In this document: piece after piece, positions 12,546 through 26,550 of the stretch
How positions within the stretch are numbered: position 1 is the first letter of the stretch
Layout of the letters: each line of letters starts with the position of its first letter
Assembly (NCBI GenBank): GCA_963920595.1
Contig: OY986946.1
Span: forward strand, 248,001-312,000
Length of the DNA stretch: 64,000 bases
Direction of reading: 5' to 3'
Source of the DNA: Eimeria praecox
Lineage: Eukaryota
The notes under the pieces: generated by a model
What the model was told of the DNA's origin: nothing
Seen by the model: only the letters and a program-made list of their open reading frames with translations
The model's database searches: none
Program-made: the position numbers and the translations under genes

Positions 12546-15500
12546 TAAGGGTTACAATGCCGAGCGGCAAGGTGAAAGGGAACACTTTTTCTGCTGCTTG
12601 CGTAGGAGCTGTGGCGTGGTAGGCATCTCCTGGCTTCTCTGAACGCCATACTTTACCGCACCCGTCAACGCCTTAAAGCCTCCCGATATGTATAACTCTC
12701 CAGTGCATTGCAACATCGCTGGTTAGAAACTACAATAAAGACACGGAGTTGGCATTTAGAAGCAAGCCTACTCTCTGCAAGCATCACTAGCTACAAGCAC
12801 ACTTGCTTCCTGAAACAGCAGCGGCGCACAGGCAAGGAAACCTGGCGCGCAAATGACACTTCAAAAGCCATCCACAGCATTAAACGACATCCTCCATGCC
12901 TATGCTAGCAGACGATGCTTCTGCCAAGGCTGTCAACAGTCAACGCTCAATTTCTCCGTAGAATTGTAGGTGGTCATGGATCTAATCCTTGTCACTGCAC
13001 GTGCTGGGGCCACCTGCTAAACGAGTTTGCAGAGGTTCACTCAGCTTTGAATTGCTGCTCAGAACCCTGTTGCTTATGAACGTGCACGCATTGAAACTCG
13101 GTTGCGGTGTGTGTGGGACACGCTCGTGGTTATCGACGGCAGCCCATTTGCAGTGTTGGGGCCCACCGGCCAACTTGTGCGCGTTCGAAACCCTACCCAT
13201 AATATTTGTCACAAACTACGAGCGTGAAGTGTTTACCACACGCTGAATCACCACTATGCGCATTCCTGGGTGCTAGTGGCTTCGGCACAACCGCTGAAGG
13301 ACCCTCCCAGGATATATGGTGCAGCCGTGCTTCTCCAGCAGCCAAGAAGAGCATCGCCATTCGCACTCGGCATCTTCCCTTGTCTTCTTACCCAGTCCCG
13401 CCAAATCTCTTCGCTAGCGAGCAAAACGCTGAAAAATGCCGATATGTTTAGGATTTTTCTGGAGCTATCAACTCTGGCCTGCAAATACCCGGCCGACAGC
13501 AAATGGAGTCATTGATCCTTTACAGTCGAATCGTCTACGCTCAGGCATTACACATCTCCATCATGCCTGGGTATTCCTGGCTAGTCCTGCTTGCGCACAG
13601 GCTGTACAGATAGATGAAATGCCGGTATTGTGGAGAGGGTGAAGGCTTCATAACTAATTATGGAAGGGTTGAAACCTATCGTCCAGAAACTGCATGAAGC
13701 GACTAGTGTGAGCGACACCGCTTGTTACATTGAAGCATTGAGCAAACAACTTGTGTTCTGCGTAAAGGGATGCTAACGGCGTATTGCAGACAACATACGT
13801 CGAGCCATGCCAAACCCCCAACGCCTTCACCGCAGAAACATCTAATGCAAGCTGCCGTCGCCTCAACACACGACCAATATGACGTAACCGTTACGCTACA
13901 CTCTCTTGCGGCACCGCATTCTTTGTCGGTGTATCACCTCCGCTCCTACAAGATTCGCATTCCCATTAACCTGACGTTCCACCTACTCGCATGATAAAAC
14001 ACCTCAACAAGCGTCACTGCGCCGGGCGGTCGTCCAAAGATATGCTACGGAGAGCGGGCAATATAGCATGAGTCTAACTGGTGGTGGCAGTGGCAAGCGG
14101 CCTGCTTCATTCCAAGCGCCCGTCCGATTCTCACGCGCAAGCCGGCTCCTGCCCTGCTGCGGATTTTGGAGCCAGTGAAGATAGGCTAAAAGCCGCTAAC
14201 ATCCGTTGCCCACATGTTGTCCTGATGCTTACCATGGCGCTGAGATATTAACGCCCATCCCAAAGTCCCGACGGCATTGCTATTGCTTCGGCTAGCAATG
14301 CAACAGTAGTTTGCCACTCTGCCTCACGGAGAAACGTGTGAACACCCCAACTACTTGGGACTGTGAAGTTCCCTTGTGTAGCCTTGTGGAGAACTGTAGT
14401 GATCGCCGCTTGGCCGATACATCTAGAGCGGCATTAGAACGCGAGTATACCTCCTTGCATCCCGCCGAAGTTTCGCTGCCCTTAACGCCAGTGCATGAAA
14501 CAACTGTAGGCAAGGGAATGAACGGCAATGAACAGAATGCCGTAGGCCCTAGGCAACGTGCCTCCCTGTGTTGCTGATTTAGCGGGGTAGGCAGCTCGAC
14601 GGAGGTCTGGTGGATGCGGAAACGCACAGCCTCCACACCAGTGCACGATAACGCAGCAGCATCCAGCTTACGCTCGCTAGATGCCACTCGCCTAGCGCAA
14701 AGTGTTCGTTTGCGTGCAAAGCCCTGCTTCAAAATGCTGATGAGCGTTGGCATTTTAGCAGCCTTCAGCCCGGGGATGCAAATGGCCGGCCGACAGCAAA
14801 TGGAGTCATTGATCTTTTACAGTCGAATCGTCTACGCTCAGGCATTACACATCTCCATCATGTCTGGGTACTCCTGGCTAGTCCTGCTTGCGCACAGGCT
14901 GTACAGATAGATGAAATGCCGCTATTATGGAGGGGGTGAACCCTCCATATCTAATAGTGGAAGGGTTGTAAAGCACTGTCAAGTAATTGCTAGAACCAAT
15001 CAGCGTAAGCGACTCCGCTTGTTGCATTGAAGCATTGAAGAAAGAGCTTGTTTTCTATGGTAACGGCGTATTGCAGGCACCATTCGTCAGGCCACGTCAA
15101 ACCCCCAACGCCTTCACCGCAGAAACATCTAATGCAAGCTGCCGGCGCCTCAACACACGACCAATATGACGTAACCGTTACGCTACACTCTCTTGCGGCA
15201 CCGCATACACTGTCAGTGTATCACCTCCGCTCCTACAAGATTCGCATTCCCGTTAACCTGACGTTCCACCTACTCGCATGATAAAACACCTCAACAAGCG
15301 TCACTGCGCCGGGCGGTCGTCCAAAGATATGCTACGGAGAGCGGGCAGTCTAGCATGAGTCTAACTGGTGGTGCATGCAGCAACACCGCCAGTGCATGAA
15401 ACAACTGTAGGCAAGAGAATGAACGGCAACCAACAGAATACCGTAAGCGCTAAGCGGGACGCCTCCATAGGGTGCTGATGTAGCGGGGGTAGGCAGCTTG

Positions 15501-16210
15501 ACAGAGGTCTGGTGGATGCGGAAACGTACAGTCTGCTCGGACGTGCACGATACTGCAGCAACAGCCACTTGTGGCGCCCCCCTTTTCCATGCATATTATC
15601 CCATTGTAGCATGTTCTTCAGAAATTATCCTTGCAGCGGGTCAGGGGTGCTCGAGGTGGATGCGTCTCTATCAAATGCCTCTAACGCCTCAGTAATAGCC
15701 ACCCACAGGTGCTGTACGGTGTCCAGGCTTCCCGCTGGCTCAGAGGAGGCAACAATCAGCGTCAGGCGCTTATTTTCCACGGCGGCCAGTAGTGCATACC
15801 AGAAGGATATTGGCCATGTAGTGAGCAAACCACAATCGAATCCCTAACGTTATTCGGGCTGGAGGGCCACCCGGCAAGACGCAAAGCTGTTTGAGCGCTG
15901 GACAGGTGCAGTGCTGCTCGCAGGAGTGCTAACTTCACCGCTCATTGTCGTAGAGTTGGTGGCGCCTCCCGGAAGCGTTTCCACGCAAAGCCAGACAACA
16001 GAAAGATGACGCTTGTGCAAAGCGTGAGCGACGCCTGCGCTGTTCGCACACAAGACGCTCGCTCCGACTGCGAAAAATAGAGGCGCACTTACCCAGAAAC
16101 GCCATATACTGCATTGGGGATTTTCACGGCGTAGTATTGCTAATCGCGACTTGCTGCCCCCCTCCATGCTCCACGCGGGCTACCAGGGGAACTGCAGGAA
16201 CGCGCCTTGT
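12546..16210. repeat. Segmental duplication, copy 2 (paralogous to 6363-11720), with an internal deletion near 15370-15385
   Basis: Direct sequence match at offset 6183 on the left and ~4490 on the right. Confidence 0.92.
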
Positions 16211-16293
16211 GGCTGCACTGATCGTAGGAAGCAACCGTGCTGCTCGGGAATAGTTCTGGTACGTAAAATAACCTCAGTATTCAGGCACTGAAG

Positions 16294-16315
16294 CCCCCCC
16301 CCCCCCCCCCCCCCC
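16294..16315. repeat. Poly-C tract (C22; G22 on the minus strand)
   Basis: Directly visible homopolymer. Confidence 0.95.
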
Positions 16316-18917
16316 AAAATGCAGTGGTGGTCACTCGTACGAAATCAACGAACTCATGTGAACGTGCTCACGCTTTGCGCATGCGCTATTGGCGTACTGC
16401 TACAGGGTTTCAAGCGCTTCGGGGACGAGGTGATAGGCCAGTCTGATTCAGTGGAACCATGTGCACCTCAGAAGATGCATCTGCATTGACGCTTGCCGCT
16501 GAACACACTCCCTTTGTTTGTCGGCGGAAAGATAGGGTTTGCCGTCACCTCGATATTATATTGTAGCCTTTCGATAATCCCGTTTTCCTCAAGGACGCAA
16601 GCAAACATGCCTAGTGGGCACAGAATTGACCCCGCAGAGCCTCAATGCAAACAGTATATAAGAGTCAACAACTTGTAGTGGAGGTGTGCTAACCCCGTGC
16701 ATGAGCCCTTGGCGTCCTAACGAACAGCGCACGTAGCTCCTAACCAGGCGTGTTCGCTAGTTGCCAGCCCTTTCTGTTTCCCTGCAAATGTCCAATCTTT
16801 TTTAGCACAGAAGCAAGCTTCCATACATCAATGGGGTGTTTCGGAAATGTGCAAAGAAAGGCGGGCCCTATATTAACGCACAAACTGCGTCAAATGAGCG
16901 AAGCACGAGAGAATTTTATGCCTGCGCCACCTAATATAAAAAGATATTGAAGAAGGTTGGATATGCCAAAGCATGGCCTGCGCCCAAGCAGCGCCTGTGC
17001 CTGTTCCTCTTGTTAGCCTAATTGTGCTCCCTATATGGCTGCCTGCACCGCACAAGCCGCTGCTGACTTACCATCGGATTCGCAAACACTAGACAAGGGG
17101 ATGAGGGGAGCACGTGCAGCACGCGGCAAGCGACGAATTATGCAAAGCGTACCAATGTATGAAGGCTGTATCAGGCTGCTCTGCTCTAAGATATATGACG
17201 CAGGCGCAGACCAACTTTCTGTATGCATGAGTTATTGGTTGAAGGAAAGACTTGTCCTTTGCAAACAGTCGCCTTACGGTACCTGCGGGTGTTCTGCCAA
17301 TATTAAAGGCACAGAATGTAGATTCACTGTGTCCCATGGGATTGAACGAAACCATAGATGCCCCATATGAACGTGGCAGAGCCAGATCGTGCAGGTACCT
17401 CATCGCGTATTGAAGGCTGCTGCCTTTGATGCCCCTGCATAAAAAGGCCTTCAGTGCAATGGCTGCAGTCAGGGTGTAGGACGCCGAGGAAATGTTAACT
17501 CCTGAGGCCGTTCCTGCCATCTCTACCCCAACTCTTCAACTGCACAGGAGCAGCAATTTTGCCACAGGTGTGGCTTGAGATGACTCCACGTAAGCGTTCC
17601 GCAAACAAACGAAGAATTTTGCCGAGTGGCATTACGCTTACGGATGATGTGCACGGTATAGATCGCTTGCTATTCCTTTTGGTGGCTGCACATGAACCTA
17701 AAGGTACCTATTACATTTACTCTCGAAATGAAGCAAGAAAAACACTCCTACAGGCACCGTCCCGCTGCAGAATGGTGCTGTTGCAAGCAAGACTATCTGT
17801 GGAGATATCATAAAATCCCCGATCGTGCTACGCGGGTGCATCGCCCAAATTATTTCCTGGGTAGGAAGGTCTTGCTACACCTACCTGGGAGCACTAGTGC
17901 TGTACTGGGAATGGCGTACATCTTAAAGTGGGAGGCCAGCGGCGCCAGGTCAGATACATACTAGATTAGCGTCTGGATACGTTGGCTTGAACCAGACATC
18001 CGCGCAAAGGGTTCGCTATATTACCACTTTACTCAGTGTCATAGCCACGAAGTGCTGCTTGCAAAACCGCCCCTACAGCAGCTGCATGAAGTACGTGTCA
18101 ACGTATCATGCCGCTCAATAGCCAACAATATGCTGACCAGCGAAAGGGAAACGTTTCGCCCAATGTCGAAGCAAAAGAAGTGGTAACTCGCCTAGATATA
18201 CGGTGCGCATTACCTTCTTAGGATGCATATGTATCTGAACACAGAGCTTTCTTTATATGCCTTCCCACTGCTTGCACAACGGCACGCATATAAAGCAGTT
18301 TCTCGGAACGCTTGCGTACTTTCAGCATGCCGCTCAGTCGCTGCATGCATTGCTCCATGCAGGCGTCTAAACACCTTCAAAGCCGACAATATACTCTATG
18401 TGCATAGTGTCTAAGCGGCTCAACAATCGGTTGCAACAGGGGGTATTGCCATGACGCATCTGCACCTTAGTTCACACGAAGGGCACACGCTTCCGATGCA
18501 CGCAACATGCATCAAAAAGTTCCCCGTGGGGTACTACATATAATTCACGATCCTTCTGCATTGATCACCAAACAGTTCCCCAACAAGCCATATCAAGGAG
18601 CTGCCTGCAATAGTACGGCCCAGGCTACTACATGGAGATGCCGCCAAACCCTGATTGCCGAAACCGCAAAGCCTTCAAACACTAATGACGTATTATCAGT
18701 TGGCTGCAATCTGGGAACCCAAAGTTTCTGGCACGCAATTCCGCGCCCAATACCACGCTCGAAATTCTTGTTGTGCAGCAATACAAGCAGGCCCATTAAC
18801 ATTAGCCCCCTAAACCAGATCACTGTGCGTGCCACTTACGGCCCCGCGACCGTCACAAAGGGATCCTGGCTGCCGTTAATGCCTGGTACCGCGCTATGAG
18901 GAGCCTGTGGCACCCAC

Positions 18918-20855
18918 TTCCTGCAGCAGTTTGTAATGCCAGATTCAGTCCTGCAAATGCCAAAGGATGCGCCGCACCACGCAGCCTTCTGATCAACAGA
19001 CAAGCGCACTACCAAGGCAAAAAAGGATCCCCTTCTGCTTCCGCCATATGTACGCTCCCTTCCACTAAGACGCATGCATCTGAACACGCAGCTGCACTTA
19101 TCTTCATACTACGGGCAAGCCACCAGGAACGCAGCGTAATGACTCCGACCAGATGCGTAGCCTAAGCACGTCTCACAGTCGCTGCACGCACGGCGTCCTG
19201 CAACCATCAAGCCACAGCACACGCACAACTGCTAATACAATCCATGTGCATACTTCCTGGTCCGCACAGCAAACAGTTGCAAGAAAAAGTCGTTGTCACG
19301 CCGCATCTTCGCAGGACCTCGCTTACGCTGCTTTCGCTCCCAAAATACGTAACATACACGCCAATCGATTCTGTGTACAGCCCCTGCACACAATTCGCGA
19401 TTCCCCAAATTCGGTGACAGCCATCCCACGAAGATGGTGACTCTGCTGGATATCGATTAATAGCTGCCACTTTTGAGAAGCCGACGATATGCTATAAACA
19501 AACAAAGCGTGAGAAAAGACACTCACGTGCCGAACACGGGATCATGCACACCGTGGCGCAGGCTGTAGCGTGCACGTGCGGTCCACCTTCGACAGCGGGA
19601 CAAAGAGCACCGTCGGTTGTCAACAACGCATATGCTAAATGCGTGTAGTGGAGAGCAAAGCATGTAGGCTCGTCTCACCAGGCCATGCACCTGCCCATAC
19701 TATATGTTCTCTTCCTTAGGCATACACATGTAGAGCGATTCTCCCGACCGAGTCGCTGCCCTCACCCGCCCATGAACCGTCCAGACATACGGAACCTCAC
19801 ATGCGCCACACCTGGGCTGTGCAACGCTGCTCGGATATCCCTTTACATTGGTCACGCAACAGCTGTTAGTGGCAGGGATTCCCCATCAAAAGCTAATCAA
19901 AACTCCGGAAAGCACCTCCTTCTGAAGAATACAAAGGGCGTGCGCTGTTATAAGCTAGGAATCACTCCTTGGTCTTCAGTCTGCACGTTTCTCTGAATGG
20001 AAGTGCATAAATGCATACATCTGAGCTGTGACCCCTACCTGCACTCACACACCCCACACAATACGGTGCAGCTAGAACGACGATTAGCCAAAAATGCGTT
20101 CCCTCAGTATCCCTCAAGCGTGTCAGTCCGCATGCTGGCCGCTTCCTTCTGAGCAATTTCCCAGCTGTCCTTTACAATATGCGCATACTTGCTGGGGGAT
20201 GTGGACGTCAACCCAGCAAATAAAGGGAAAGCGATATCAAACACTGGAGATGTGTGAAGATGAACAGTGTGAACTGCATGCGCCTTCGGTGAAGGGAACA
20301 TGCACTCAAACCAGCCTTCGAACGACAAGCAGAGAACACCACCATACAGTGCCCCAAACTAGAGCCAACCGCCTGCATTATACTCTCCTCGTTCCTTCGT
20401 GTTAACCAATAAATGAGCAATGAGATAGAGCTACAGGCTTCGCGCCATTTTGTGAGCGTGCCATAAGTATTTAACCAGCTTGCGCTTGCCGCACTGTCAG
20501 CCTTGCCCCGCCCTTCTCCATATCCATCCCCTACAAAACAAGTGCCACCTTACACAGCCAGGCGGGCCTTCAATCGTAATGAAGGCTTGACACAAATCAC
20601 CGCGTAGTTGTCGCTGTTTCCTACTACGTACTGCGCTGGACAAACACTGCCTTAACAACTCACTAAAACCATTTGCAATATTAGACTCCTAGTAGATATC
20701 GACGGCAGACGCGCCCAAACCAGATCGAACTCCCACTTTTCCTCACGCTGCAACTACATAATTCTTCACGCGTGCAAATATATATCAACGCCTGCCACCA
20801 GCCGGCTAGAAAGCTAGCGGCGCCCATAAACGTGCCAGGCAGAAGTGCTTACTTC
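18918..20855 (-). CDS. Candidate Glu/Lys/Gln micro-exons, partly decayed: GAA 20853, CAA 20189, AAGGAG 19916-19921, broken AAG 19587, GAA 19254, GAA 18918 (repeated in later 10.3-kb units)
   Basis: CAG|GAA|GTAAGC, CAG|CAA|GTATGC, CAG|AAGGAG|GTGCTT, CAG|GAA|GTATGC and CAG|GAA|GTGGGT. Sites 18918, 19254, 19587 and 19916 are ~330 nt apart. Confidence 0.45.
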
Positions 20856-21414
20856 CTGGGTAAAACAGCGAGCGACCATACAGCCAAAGAAGCCGTCTCT
20901 ACACTGCGCCCTTCAACGCGAGTACGCAAACTGCATAACCCCACGATGCTCACGCATGCAGGTACCCCACATATCCACGAAATAATGCGTTTTCTCGTAC
21001 TAGCGAAGGGGGTTGATTTCACCTGGGCAGCCTGATCAATTCCACCTTCAACACCAAATGCAAATTGTGCAGCTGGCTCCAAGGGGCGTTATTGCCGAAT
21101 TCTGCTGCTTTTGAAGGCCAGCAAACACCTAAAATGCTTAGGCTCTCCGACAAACAACGTACGTATAGACAGAAAGCCTGCTTTTTGTCTACCTGTGCTT
21201 ACTTGGTTGGGTCGCTCTGAATGCTTTGTCGTGGGATGCCTTGTTCAGTCAAAGACTAGCAATACACTCATAAATTGCAACTTGGCCGAACACAAAGGCA
21301 TTTAAATAGGGACGCCCAAACAGAATCACCCCTATGCAGTACAGGTTTGGGGTGCGCATTCCCCTATCCAATAAAGCGCATTCCTTATTTTGCACTTCAT
21401 ATATGCAGACCTAC

Positions 21415-24400
21415 GTCCTGCGTTTATTAAGCATCACAAGCCCCTGATCCAGCCTAGGGCTCCGCATTTCACCCTGCGACGCAGCATGTCCACATCCACT
21501 CCCCCCAAGGTCTTCGATGACGCACCTACGGCACAAGATGCCTCCAACTTCAGTCTTGATGGCCAAACCATCTAGTCCACACAGCCAATGCAGCTTTCCG
21601 TAAACACGCGCCTTGATCAGGCTCGTTACAAAACGGTTGCCTCCAGTGCAGGCTTGCAGAGGCAGGTGGCCATGCTGTATCCTCAAATACGCATTGCATA
21701 ATGGTGATTGACCGTCAGCGGGCGTCATCCAAACTAGCGCGCTTACAGGCTAGGCAAATAACGTCGTTGCAGGAACCAAGTGCCATGCTGCAAGGTTGAT
21801 ATCCCATCAGATCACAGCGCCAACCACAATTCGTGAAATACCGAAATCACGGGAACGAATGCCCCAGCGCATCAGCGCTGCGCATGCAGTCTCATTGGCT
21901 AGTTGCCCCGACAGCGCGTATTATTCTATATTGAATACTCCAGCAGTGACTGCATCTAAGCACTGCGCAGACAAACTAATGCTTGAAACGTATCCTTCGC
22001 AAGCGTTTCGGGGCGCTTCAGGCTCCACAATCGCAGGCCTTTCTTCGCTTCTCTCACGGGCAAAATCAAATCAAAGTTGGTTGGGCAATCACCAGATTAG
22101 TGGTGCTGTCAGCTTACAAGCTATCGCAAAAACAAGTGGCAGGCCACTCAGCTATCGCTGTAAAATCTACTGTGTGACGGCAGTTCCGCAACCTTAATGA
22201 GCCAGCATGAACCCAGTCCAAACCGTGCTCCCGCTGAACTCCGATATGCACCGGCTCCTTGCCTGCCTCACGGCTACGAACATGCACAGCCTCTTGACCT
22301 CCGGTTTCGTAAACCACTATTCGCGCAGTTGAACACAGCCTGGTAAACGAACGCATAGCTTCCCTTCTTTTGGGCTCCGTTGGTTGGTCAATTTGAACCC
22401 GCTGTATATGGGCTGGAACCCTCACGCTCGAGTACGCTTGTGGCCTCTGCGTGTCACGTTCAGAATATTGCAGTCAGGCATGCGCCTCAAAGCAGATCAT
22501 TTGTATATGTGCTGGCGCTGGTATGCCTGCAAGGAGCATGTGGTTTCATGGTAGCACGCGCAAAACGTGGGTATCGCGAAAAAGCACGTGCAGATAGGCC
22601 TGTGCCGTGAGTTCGTTTAGAGTATATTTACTATGTTTGAGTGCTTCAAACGTCCTGCTGCGGTCCGCCTATCGCAGTCCCAAATCAGTTACAAATTTAT
22701 GCAATGCACCTCATCCCAACCCCCCCAACGCCTAATTAAGGACATCAAACCGTAGGTAGCCGCCTGCACACACGTTCGCCATGCGCATCGCGCGTGTAGG
22801 TTTAGCGCATCATATATTCGGACCTACGTCCTGCGTTGATTGAGCACCACGAGCACCCGATCCGTTGTAAGGATCTCCGCTTCGGCCTACGGTGGCAGCG
22901 TGCCCACATTCCCTTCCTCCAGATATGCGAATATACAGCATAATACACTTTCAAATTCATCTTTCTTTTCCCAAATAGGCAACAGTATATTTCCTATATG
23001 CATGTGGCTTGAGCAGTTGTGCTGCATAGCGCCTGTCACTGATATGTGTATGCCATGGATACGCGGCCATGCTGTACCTTCCTGTGCATTTAGCGTAGCG
23101 CTGATTGTCCTTCTAGTGTATTACCCAAACCAGCTTGCTTGCAACCAGAACAAGTGACATCGTTGCAACAACACCACACTGAAAGGTGGGCAGTGAATCC
23201 ACTAACAGCATTGTAGCGCCGTATTGTGTGCAGTGGAAATCAAAGAAAGGATGCCCTAGAATATCGGGAATGCGGATGCAGTTTCAGTGGTTAGTTGCTC
23301 GAGCATTCTGTGCTGGTTTGTACCGGATACACAAACACCTACTGGATTCAATAGTTGCGCAGAAAAGGCTAAGATTTTAAGCGCATTTCTTCGGATGTTC
23401 TATGTGCGACTTCAACCATCACAGCCCTGGGCTTTCTCCATTCGGCTCACAGGCAGAGTCACATTTGATTGAGGAATCACGAGAATATTAGTGATATCAG
23501 CTCACAGGCTATGGCCAAACCAAGCGGTAGGATCCTGAAATTTCGTTCCAGCACTTTTCTAAAGTGCAACGGATTTGGCGCAACCTTACACCACAAAAAA
23601 ATCAAATCGCGCCTCCCCCATGACTACGGTAAGCAAGCTAGCTTTGCTTCATCCGCGACCACGCAAGGGAAAATATTCTCGGCCGCTCGTGCCGACAGCA
23701 GTACCTCTGAAGCACTGAAGCACCGCTTGCGGATGCACATGGCGTCTATTCTGGGGGATCCCTTTCTTCAGGAATAATCTGCACTTGCATTCCTAATCTT
23801 GAATGCATTGCCTTTTCTTAGTGGGCCGCGAAAACTATTGCACTTTCATATGCGCCCCACCAGAATTAACTGCCGCCTAATTAATTCGTAAAAGAAAAAG
23901 GCGCACCTTTGCTCGCGAGCAAGCTCACCCACTATAGACAAAAAAGGCATAGCATAAAAGGTCAGCGAATGTTATTATTAACGCTTGTGAGAACACCGCT
24001 TCTTGTGCTTATCTCTGAAAAATCCGGAATGAAGAATGCTGCTGCGAAACTTCCTCGCATACTGGCTGAAGAGGCAGCTGCATGGCCCAAAGGAGAAATG
24101 CATGCGCTTCTCTTTCTGCACATAAGTTCCCCCACGCATTCCACATGCGTCTTCCTGCCCCTATCGAAAACACCCAAATTCTAGCGTGCAAGGTAAACAT
24201 ACAGTCTGGCCCATTCGGGTCTTCAAAATGATAGGCGATCTTGGCTGTTCCGACACTTCGAATGCTCATGAAGCTGCGTGGGCTCTGAGAATTGTAGCCA
24301 CGGCCGCGGCGTTGCTCACAAATGTCAGAGCCGTTTACATGACGGTACGGCAAAGCATCATTCCTGAGAAATCGGGGACACTGGATCGAATATCCTTGGA

Positions 24401-24635
24401 CACCGGCATTGCAGATGCAGTTTAGCTGGCTACTTGTCCACTCATGTTGTACTACTCTCAGAAGGATTAGCCACAGCCTTTTGCGTTCAACCGCTGCGGC
24501 AAATTGGTGGCGTTTGAAGTGCGTGTTCTAAACGCTTTCCAACCTGTACTACCACAGGACCTTTACACTATTCAAGCAGGCTCACTTAGACTGGGTTGGG
24601 CAGGCAAGAATTTTTGCATGGTGGCGGCTCACCGT
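21415..24635 (-). CDS. Candidate Pro/Trp/Asp/Thr micro-exon block: ACG 24633, ACT 24203, CCA 24063, TGG 23929, CCT 23506, GAC 22828, CTT 22118, CCT 21747, GAC 21415
   Basis: Each reads YAG|NNN|GTR on the minus strand (donors GTGAGC, GTATGT, GTATGC, GTGAGC, GTGAGC, GTAGGT, GTAAGC, GTAAGC, GTAGGT). They sit at the conserved cores of a diverged dispersed module. Confidence 0.6.
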
Positions 24636-26550
24636 CTATGTCCAAAACGAGTGACTTGTGCCTTTAGTTCACCACTCCAGCGCCAGCCGTACTACAGAGC
24701 TAGACCAACCTTATCGGACAGAAACAAACACAAGCCAGGCTACCGCCGCACCGCAACGCATGAACGCCGCGCTCCGTTCACGGCAACGCTAATGCAAAGC
24801 AGCCAGAGCTCCCCCATAGCTACACACGGTTCGCAATCCTTGCTTGGCGGAGCACTGAATGGACAGGAAGCAAATAGTGCCTCTCCTTCTGGCATCCTCT
24901 CCTCACGCTGAGCATGCCTTCTACGTATTGGTACTCTTACACGCGTTTGCATTCTCTGCCCGGCACGCGCAGACTACTGCAGATATACACGTATGCCCCC
25001 TCCGTTGCTCCAGTAGCCTGCCAATCAGTTCAATAGTCCTGATCCATGCACTTCTCCAAAATGCTCCAAAATGGTATAGAGAGGCCAGCTCGAACCCCAT
25101 ATCAAATATTGATGCACAAGGCAACTCGGCACCCTCTCCCAGAGAACCTTTGCATAACGATGTACAGCTGCAACACCAGCGAACCGCACCAGCTGTAACC
25201 CACCGTAAGACACGAGCGCCTGAACGGAATCGCTGATTTGTGCCTGACCGACGATCGCCTCTCACATTACCTGTGGAATGTTGGTAAGCATACCATGCCT
25301 TTCTGCCCTGCTACAGGTGAAACAACGCTGATGCATGCGTATAGATATCCTGTTGAAGTACGCCCACCTGCGGTGCTGGCTGATGGCTTCTCCGCAGCGA
25401 CGAAACGTACTGCTAAAACAAAGTGCGTACTGGCTAAACAGATAGTCGCGAATAGCCGAAACGCATTCCAGCAGGTTGGGTGGTCGAAATATTTGGTGGT
25501 TTTTTCAACACACGTAAGCCCAAACCTGCCTGCTGTGTGGCTGCAAAAAGCATGAATGTGTTGCTTAGTTTAAGGCTATAAAGGTGGAATGCCGACAGAA
25601 CTCCTGCGTAGTCACACAGTATTGGCAATCCCTCCGTAGTGAACCACAGCTTGCTCAGGAGGCATAATGCGTCTCTTCTTCCGGCTTCCTTTGCGGGAAA
25701 TGAGTATCCATTTCACACGTTGGCACGCCTAGGTTTGACGTCGCGTCAGGGTTTTCTCCTTTCCAGTCAGTTCTCGCTCCAGCACCTTGCATTAGGAGAT
25801 CGCGTTGGAATGCTTCAACAGACAGCTGCGAAAAGAAGCCGGTTTTCCACCAGACTACAAGAAGCATCAAAGCTCTGATTGAGTACAGGGTCACGCCAAT
25901 GAAAGCCCCTTGAATTCCCTTGTCTCGCTAAATACGCATAATTGACAATCCATGTGTAGGGGAGCACAGCTTGGTAAGGAGCCGAGTGGCATCTCTTCTT
26001 GTGGGTCCATTTGCTCAACATAAATCTGCTGCCTACGAAACGATACGTTTTCTCTTCAATCCGCCTGTGGTCTCTGAGTGTCACACCAAGGCTACGCTAA
26101 GCACATATAAGCACCCAAGCGAATCGTCGCTCTACGCACTGGCACTCTAAATACGCTTACAATGAGAGTGCTGTTTCTGAGACGCACGTGCCACCTGTCC
26201 TCTATTGCAGTCATGCCCAGCAGACCATTCACCGTTTCCACCCAGTAAATGAGGAGTCTGACCTATGGCAACAGATTAAGGCCAACCCGTGCCTACAGCC
26301 CCTGTTGAGGCTTTCGTACGGGAGCATATCCGCCGCCTGCTGCCCTTCAGACTGTTTCGCCTCCGTTTACAGATTCGCTGCATCCGTCCTGATTGTTCCG
26401 AGGCACTGGCAAGGCAGAATGCGGCCATCCACTGATACGCTTAGCACTTGGCTACAGTGAGCATCGCGCTCTAACAGGTTTGACCCTATGCGGGCCTCCC
26501 TCTCGAACACAGATTCTGTTTGACGTTGTGATTCATATATGCGGACCCAC

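Noticed and set aside
16320..18780. Single-copy interval with several 60-143 aa ORFs
   Set aside because: No recognisable coding signal, and only weak scattered AG-NNN-GT matches consistent with chance.
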